Shown: positions 26,505 to 32,000 of the stretch, in pieces
How the letters are laid out: each line of letters begins with the position of its first letter
Position numbering within the stretch: position 1 is the stretch's first letter
From: an uncultured archaeon
GTDB taxonomy: Archaea; Asgardarchaeota; Thorarchaeia; Thorarchaeales; Thorarchaeaceae
DNA: 32,000 nucleotides
Assembly: GCA_964354495.1 (NCBI GenBank)
Contig: CAYHAA010000007.1
Span: forward strand, 60,001 to 92,000
Reading direction: 5' to 3'
Notes under the pieces: model-generated
Database searches by the model: none
What the model was told of the DNA's origin: nothing
Seen by the model: the letters and a program-made list of their open reading frames with translations, nothing else
Position numbers and translations under genes: made by a program

Positions 26505-26651
26505 TTACTCACGTGTCCAATCGCCTACTCCATTTAGGATATGAAAGAGACCGTGACCTGCCTCAGCGAGTCAATATTCAACTCGTGGCGGCACCTCATC
26601 AAAGTTCCTCCGAACAAGAACTTCCAAGTCAGTAAGTTCTGTCAGTTTCAC
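26505..26651 (-). pseudogene. HxlR-family winged-helix regulator remnant with internal TGA
   Basis: VKLTELTDLEVLVRRNFDEVPPRVEY*LAEAGHGLFHILNGVGDWTRE; EVPPRVEY-x-L is the HxlR signature; N-terminal half not recoverable. Confidence 0.7.
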
Positions 26652-26831
26652 GATAGGTCAAATAAAGATAACCATATCTCTAATAAGCAGCAATTGTTCT
26701 CAATGATGAAGAGAGTGAACTAGGATGGATTGTGTTCTCACCTATTGACAGAAACTCCTTTTACGAGCCCTTTATAGAGGACATCATCCTGAACTGCTCC
26801 GTTCCTTCAGTATCAAGAGAGGTCACTGAAC

Positions 26832-29735
26832 ATGAGTGAATTTGCCAAGATTGAGAAGAAATGGCAGAGACGCTGGGCAAAGGACAAGATCTTCGAGGCC
26901 GACCCTGACCCCAAGCGTAAGAAGTTCTTCTTGACGGTTCCATATCCCTACGTGAATGGCGCTTTGCACATCGGGCATGGCAGGACATATACCATCGGCG
27001 ACCTGATTGCTCGATATAGGCGCATGCAGGGATACAATGTCTTGTTTCCAATGGCCTCTCACATGACAGGCACTCCCATTCAGGGGATGGTAGACAGAGT
27101 TCTGGCTGGAGATTCCGCTGCAATTGAGATGTACAAACGAGACCTCCGACATTATTTTGATACTGAAGAGAAGGTAGACGCTCAACTGGCAAAGTTCAAA
27201 GATGCCACAACAACAGCGGCCTTCTTCGCCAAGGTAATCTCAGAAGACTTTGACGCCTTGGGATACAGTATCGATTGGCGAAGACGGTTCACTACGGGCG
27301 ATCCAACCTACAACAAGTTCATCGAGTGGCAATACCGGAAGTTCATGGAGCGCGGATATGTCAAGCAGGGGAACTATCCTCTGCTCTACTGTCCAAAGGA
27401 TGGAAATCCCGTTGGTGAAGACGACCTGCTTGAGGGCAGCTCCGCCAAGATAAAGGAGTTCACAGCCATCAAGTGGCCCTTTGAGGATGGCTATCTAGTT
27501 GCTGCAACACTGCGACCCGAGACCATCTTTGGCGTCACCAATATGTGGATCAATCCCAAGGCACCGTATGTATGGGCTCTGGTCGATGGTGAAAAGTGGG
27601 TCGTGTCGAAGGCTGCAGTGGAGAAACTAAGGCTGCAGGCCAAGGAAGTGAAACTGCTAGAGAACTTCCCGGGGTCCAGAATCATTGGCAAGACATTCAG
27701 AGCAATCCATGACGGTCATGAGATACCTATCCTGCCAGCGGAGTTCGTTGACCCGGACAATGCAACAGGAGTTGTGTATTCAGTCCCCGGTCATGCACCA
27801 TTCGACTACATTGCGCTACGTGACTTGTGGGAGGACCCATCCGGCCTGGCTCAATATGGATTCTCTGCCGAGTCTGTCCGAGGGATCAAGATCATTGGCA
27901 TGATTGCCATGAAAGACTACAGCGAGTTCCCTGCAAAGGATGCAGTCGAGAAGAGGAACATCAAAACCCAGGCCGAGGCTGCGAAACTTGAGGAGGCCAC
28001 TCAGGAGATCTACAAGGCTGAGTTCTATGATGGAGTCATGCGAGAGAACTGTGCCCAGTTCTCCGGTCGGATGATCAAGGATGTCAAGAACGACGTTGTT
28101 GCGTGGATGAAGACGATTAACAAGGTGGACGTGATCTACGAGCCGGACCAACGACCTGTAGTCTGCCGGTGTGGTACCAGCGTTCAGGTTGGAGTATTTG
28201 CAGGTCAGTGGTTCCTGAACTATGAGAGCCCTGGCTGGAAGGAAGAGGCTCGGAGGGCCCTGAAGAACATGGGAATTGTCCCTGAAACGTTCAGAAATCT
28301 GTTCGAAGCGACATTCGACTGGTTGACCCAGAGACCCTGCGCGCGACGCAGAGGAATAGGCACAAGACTGCCCTTCGACCCTGACTGGATCATAGAGTCT
28401 CTCTCCGACTCGACCATCTACATGGCCTACTACACGATTGCTCATCACATAAGAGACAACAAACTAAGGCCAACTCAGTTGACCTATGAGTTCTTTGACT
28501 ATGTATTCTTAGGGAATGGAACGCCGACATCGGTGAGCAAGGTCACTGGTATCGATACAGGTCTGTTGAAGACGATGCATAGAGAGTTCATGTACTGGTA
28601 TCCGAACGACCAACGCCATACCGCGCCATCTCATATCTCGAACCACCTGAGCTTTGCTATCTTCCATCATGTGGCTATCTTCCCAGAGAAGCACTGGCTG
28701 AAGATGATCAGCCTGAGCGAACACATGAATATGGAGGGCAAGAAGATGAGCAAGAGCAAAGGGAATGTGACACCTCTTGTCGAGATTCCTGAGAAGTATG
28801 GCGCAGACCTCTTCAGAATGTATGCTGTATCTGCAGCAGAGCCTGGAACCCTGATGGACTGGCGCGAGCGGGATGTGCCCCCGATGAGAAACAGGATGCG
28901 GCAGTTCATAGACATAACATCCAAGTATGCAAAGAAGACACCCCGCGTCTACACAAGGAAGGACCACCCGACAATGGTGACCAGATGGATGCTCTCTCGT
29001 GTGAACTCTCTGGCAACAATCTGCACTGACATGATTGACAGCTTCAAGCTGAGGGAGTATGCGATTCATGCTCTTTCGGAGATGATTCGCGCTGTCAATT
29101 ATTACCTGAACCGTGAGGGAGTTCCTAGGGATGAACGAGAGGGTACCATGGCATATGTCTGTGATATCTGGGTCCGCCTTGCTGCTCCCATGACGCCACA
29201 CATCTGTGAAGAACTCTGGTCGAAGATGGGTCACACGGACTATGTTTCTCTGACTACGTGGCCAAGACCCGACAAGAAGCTGATCGATAGGACTGTTGAG
29301 ATGGCTCAACAAGTCGTTGATTCCACCATCCGAGACATTCGCGAGATCACGAAGCTTCTGAAGGGGAAGAAGGCAAAGACAGTCCATGTGTATGTAGCCC
29401 CCGAATGGATGTTCAAGGCAATGAGCAGTATTCGTGATGCCAATATCCCTACAATTGTCGGGGATATCATGAAGCATCTGATGGCTAACGAGGAATTTCG
29501 AAAACATGGCAAGGAAGTCAAGGCAATAGTCGATCGAATTGCAAGGGAGAATGGGCTCTGGGATCACTCTGCCAGCGCCAAGGACGAGATGGCAGTCCTA
29601 CTGGACTCCGCAGACTACGTTGGAGATGAACTGAAGGTGGAAGTGATTGTGCAGGACTCTGAACATCCTACTTATGATCCACAGAACAAGGCTCGGTTTG
29701 CACTACCGGGACGCGTTTCACTGTACCTGGAGTAA
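26832..29735 (+). CDS. leuS: Leucine--tRNA ligase (archaeal type)
   Basis: PYVNGALHIGH, ATLRPET editing domain and KMSKS; 967 aa. Confidence 0.97.
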   Translation: MSEFAKIEKKWQRRWAKDKIFEADPDPKRKKFFLTVPYPYVNGALHIGHGRTYTIGDLIARYRRMQGYNVLFPMASHMTGTPIQGMVDRVLAGDSAAIEMYKRDLRHYFDTEEKVDAQLAKFKDATTTAAFFAKVISEDFDALGYSIDWRRRFTTGDPTYNKFIEWQYRKFMERGYVKQGNYPLLYCPKDGNPVGEDDLLEGSSAKIKEFTAIKWPFEDGYLVAATLRPETIFGVTNMWINPKAPYVWALVDGEKWVVSKAAVEKLRLQAKEVKLLENFPGSRIIGKTFRAIHDGHEIPILPAEFVDPDNATGVVYSVPGHAPFDYIALRDLWEDPSGLAQYGFSAESVRGIKIIGMIAMKDYSEFPAKDAVEKRNIKTQAEAAKLEEATQEIYKAEFYDGVMRENCAQFSGRMIKDVKNDVVAWMKTINKVDVIYEPDQRPVVCRCGTSVQVGVFAGQWFLNYESPGWKEEARRALKNMGIVPETFRNLFEATFDWLTQRPCARRRGIGTRLPFDPDWIIESLSDSTIYMAYYTIAHHIRDNKLRPTQLTYEFFDYVFLGNGTPTSVSKVTGIDTGLLKTMHREFMYWYPNDQRHTAPSHISNHLSFAIFHHVAIFPEKHWLKMISLSEHMNMEGKKMSKSKGNVTPLVEIPEKYGADLFRMYAVSAAEPGTLMDWRERDVPPMRNRMRQFIDITSKYAKKTPRVYTRKDHPTMVTRWMLSRVNSLATICTDMIDSFKLREYAIHALSEMIRAVNYYLNREGVPRDEREGTMAYVCDIWVRLAAPMTPHICEELWSKMGHTDYVSLTTWPRPDKKLIDRTVEMAQQVVDSTIRDIREITKLLKGKKAKTVHVYVAPEWMFKAMSSIRDANIPTIVGDIMKHLMANEEFRKHGKEVKAIVDRIARENGLWDHSASAKDEMAVLLDSADYVGDELKVEVIVQDSEHPTYDPQNKARFALPGRVSLYLE

Positions 29736-29744
29736 CTGGCTCTT

Positions 29745-30416
29745 CTATGGACTCCCCACCTTCCTCTCCTTTCTCCACACATAGAGCGAGAGGATGAGCA
29801 AGTAGCCAACTATCGAGAAGTAGATTGCCCATTCAAGTGTCACGACCATATTGAAGGTGGGACGTGGATCAATGTCACTGAGTTCCTCCCAAGGTCCGTA
29901 CAGGAAGAGCGCAAAGATTGCCGTGTTGATGAATCCTCCCAGTGAGAATATCTTTGGTATTCTGACCTCCTTCTGAGCAAGAATACCGAAGGCCCAGAGC
30001 AATGTCATGACAAGTCCGCTGAGAAAGAACGAGATTGCGGCTAAACCGTGTTCTGCGCTGAAGTTCATTGGAAAAATGCCGACCATATAGATGGCTATTG
30101 CTGAAAACACGCCTACCAATGCCGCTATTTTGCTGACGATGTTCTTCAAATACAGTCCTAGGCCTATCATAAAGGGAAAAAAGAGGATGCCTGCCAGCAT
30201 CAATCCCAAGTTGAACATCATTGCCCACTCTGAGACTCCAAGCTCTCCAAGTTCTGATACATAATGGTTGAACATTGAGAAGGGCTCACCATGACTCCCC
30301 ACATAGACCGTCTGGGGAGTCAGAATAAACACAAGTCCGATGATTGAACCCATCATTCCCCACGCTGGAAAGTGTTCCTCGTTCACAAGTTTGCGGCACT
30401 CTTCTCTGATTCCCAT
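29745..30416 (-). CDS. DUF998-like membrane protein
   Basis: NHYVSELG, FNLGL, VGIFP and EHGLAA; ~6 TM. Confidence 0.7.
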   Translation of the reverse strand: MGIREECRKLVNEEHFPAWGMMGSIIGLVFILTPQTVYVGSHGEPFSMFNHYVSELGELGVSEWAMMFNLGLMLAGILFFPFMIGLGLYLKNIVSKIAALVGVFSAIAIYMVGIFPMNFSAEHGLAAISFFLSGLVMTLLWAFGILAQKEVRIPKIFSLGGFINTAIFALFLYGPWEELSDIDPRPTFNMVVTLEWAIYFSIVGYLLILSLYVWRKERKVGSP

Positions 30417-30575
30417 GTTTCACACCCTGCCATGCTGATGGGGAACTGCCTGATAGTCCTGCCGTTTCTTGGCAAGGGATGCGAACTTCGCCCTGACAGT
30501 CTGAGTTGATTCATTAGGGAACAATTATATCGCACATAGATGAGAGCATAGTCGAAGCTCAATGGTGGGAAGACA

Positions 30576-30809
30576 TTGATAGTTGCATTCATCATGGCCA
30601 AAGTTGAGTCGATGAAGTCTCGCATCGTCCTAGAGGAGATTCGGAAGATGGACGAGGTAGAAGAAGCGTACTTGATCTATGGCGCTTACGACCTATTGAT
30701 CAAGTGCACCTTCAAGACACCAGAGGCCCTCAGTTCGTTTGTCGTCAACGAACTCCGCAAACTGGACGGAATAAAGGACACTGTCACGAACGTCTGTGCG
30801 CCCGATTGA
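30576..30809 (+). CDS. Lrp/AsnC ligand-binding (RAM) domain protein
   Basis: VEEAYLIYGAYDLLIK..LRKLDGIKDTVT. Confidence 0.88.
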   Translation: MIVAFIMAKVESMKSRIVLEEIRKMDEVEEAYLIYGAYDLLIKCTFKTPEALSSFVVNELRKLDGIKDTVTNVCAPD

Positions 30810-30879
30810 GGAATAGAGACGGATTCTGATCAACCGCCGCCCGATACGGGTTCACCGGGAATAGTGGGATCCATTCTGT

Positions 30880-32000
30880 TCACTCGAGCCCAAGACGCTC
30901 AAGAGTCTCTTGCAGGGGCAGACCGGTGACTAGGTTCCACCCTCTCACCGAGTAGTATTCATCAAGCATCTGGTCGAGTTCTACGACTTCACCAGCGGAC
31001 GGTCCAAGTGGCGCTTTCTCCTTCGTCAGACGCTCGGGTAAGCAGTCATCTTTGCGCGTTACGCCGAATCGTGCATTGAACAGACGATTGAGATTGACGA
31101 TGCGCTCACCTATCTCCTGTAGATCTGCGGCCGTGAGGTTCAGTCCGTTATGCACCTTGAGAGCAAGAGCCACATCATCATAGTAAAACTCAGGCGGTAT
31201 CTGGGTCCCATACTTGCAGAGACCGACACTCTCTATCATGACCATAAAGTCCTCGCACTCTTTCACCATGATTCCTTTGTACTTTGGATTCAGTCTATCT
31301 GCCATCTCTGGTAAGTACTTCTCTCCAAACCGTTTCTTGATGTCCTCATCGAATCCAACCTCATCGAGGACTGGGAATCCATAGAGATGGTCTGCACCTC
31401 TCGCAGCAGTCGCTGCGGCAAGTCCCATAGACTTCTGCGCTCTGGGCTCTTGACCTGCAATCTCCTGATTCTTGACCGTCATGACAAACTTGTCCGTACC
31501 ACGACCAATCCTCTGAGCTGCACGTGCGCTACCCTCTGCGAGTATGTTTCCGAATCCTTCTCTAAAGGCAATCATCTTAGTCAGCTTAATGAGACTCTCA
31601 TCATTGCCCCAACTCAGGTCGATTCCGCCAGTATCCTCTGCTGTGAGTAGACCCTCATCCCAGGCCTCCATCGCCCATGAGATAGTCCCACCCAAGGATA
31701 TGGTGTCCAATCCATACTGGTTGGCAAGATGATGTCCAAATAGGACCGCCTCTAGGTTATCGATCCCGCATCGCGAGCCCATAGCCGCTTGGGTCTCGAA
31801 CTCAGGTGCCCCTCCCTCATAGGAGTAGGGCCCGCTTCTCACAGCGGTATATCTTCCGCACCTCTGGAGGCAAGACCAATCAGCTCTCGCCTTGACAAGA
31901 TACTTCTCATTGATAGCATCCCCACCAATCTTCTCGTAGCCATCAAAGACACCCTGGCGCATGTTGTAGCTTGGGAGTCTTCCAATGTGCTGCATTAGTT
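30880..32000 (-). CDS. Aldehyde:ferredoxin oxidoreductase family (W-dependent), 5' end outside window
   Basis: EFET, GLDTISLG, AEGSARAA, RGADH, SVGLC and ERIVNLNRLFN; frame is open to the window edge. Confidence 0.93.
   Translation of the reverse strand, partial: LMQHIGRLPSYNMRQGVFDGYEKIGGDAINEKYLVKARADWSCLQRCGRYTAVRSGPYSYEGGAPEFETQAAMGSRCGIDNLEAVLFGHHLANQYGLDTISLGGTISWAMEAWDEGLLTAEDTGGIDLSWGNDESLIKLTKMIAFREGFGNILAEGSARAAQRIGRGTDKFVMTVKNQEIAGQEPRAQKSMGLAAATAARGADHLYGFPVLDEVGFDEDIKKRFGEKYLPEMADRLNPKYKGIMVKECEDFMVMIESVGLCKYGTQIPPEFYYDDVALALKVHNGLNLTAADLQEIGERIVNLNRLFNARFGVTRKDDCLPERLTKEKAPLGPSAGEVVELDQMLDEYYSVRGWNLVTGLPLQETLERLGLE

Noticed and set aside
27816-29567. Long antisense ORFs (210 and 352 aa) within leuS, and similar shadows in GET3, SepSecS and the HEAT gene
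   Set aside because: Fully antisense to well-supported genes, with no recognisable motifs
1-32000. CRISPR arrays, rRNA, IS elements/integrases
   Set aside because: No regularly spaced repeats, rRNA signatures or transposase/integrase motifs were seen

Overview
Archaeal chromosomal window with dense coding, GGTGA/GGAGG ribosome-binding sites and TATA-type promoters. The gene content (complete Sec machinery, GET3-like ATPase, CdvA-like coiled coil, archaeal LeuRS/TFB/Rpo12) suggests an Asgard archaeon, probably Thorarchaeia; this is an inference. Housekeeping genes: radical SAM protein (5'-truncated), rpoP, GET3/ArsA-family ATPase, uppP, DUF47, tRNA-splicing endonuclease, tfb, leuS, Lrp domain, aldehyde:ferredoxin oxidoreductase (5'-truncated). 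Highlights: (i) a selenocysteine locus, selB-SepSecS-unknown ORF-tRNA(Sec, UCA) convergent with pstk; (ii) an ArsR-centred divergon (19.9-26.4 kb) in which the same 24-bp inverted repeat precedes both the acr3 operon and an unusual operon encoding a stand-alone HdrA-N-like domain, ferredoxin, DGC-GcvH(lipoyl) fusion, two more DGC proteins and a frameshifted HEAT protein, followed by a convergent TauE exporter; (iii) micro-ORFs missing from the ORF track, notably a 33-aa basic/TM peptide translationally coupled to the GET3 homologue; (iv) a ~400-nt apparently non-coding, highly structured region at 14.9-15.3 kb. No CRISPR array, rRNA or transposase was seen.
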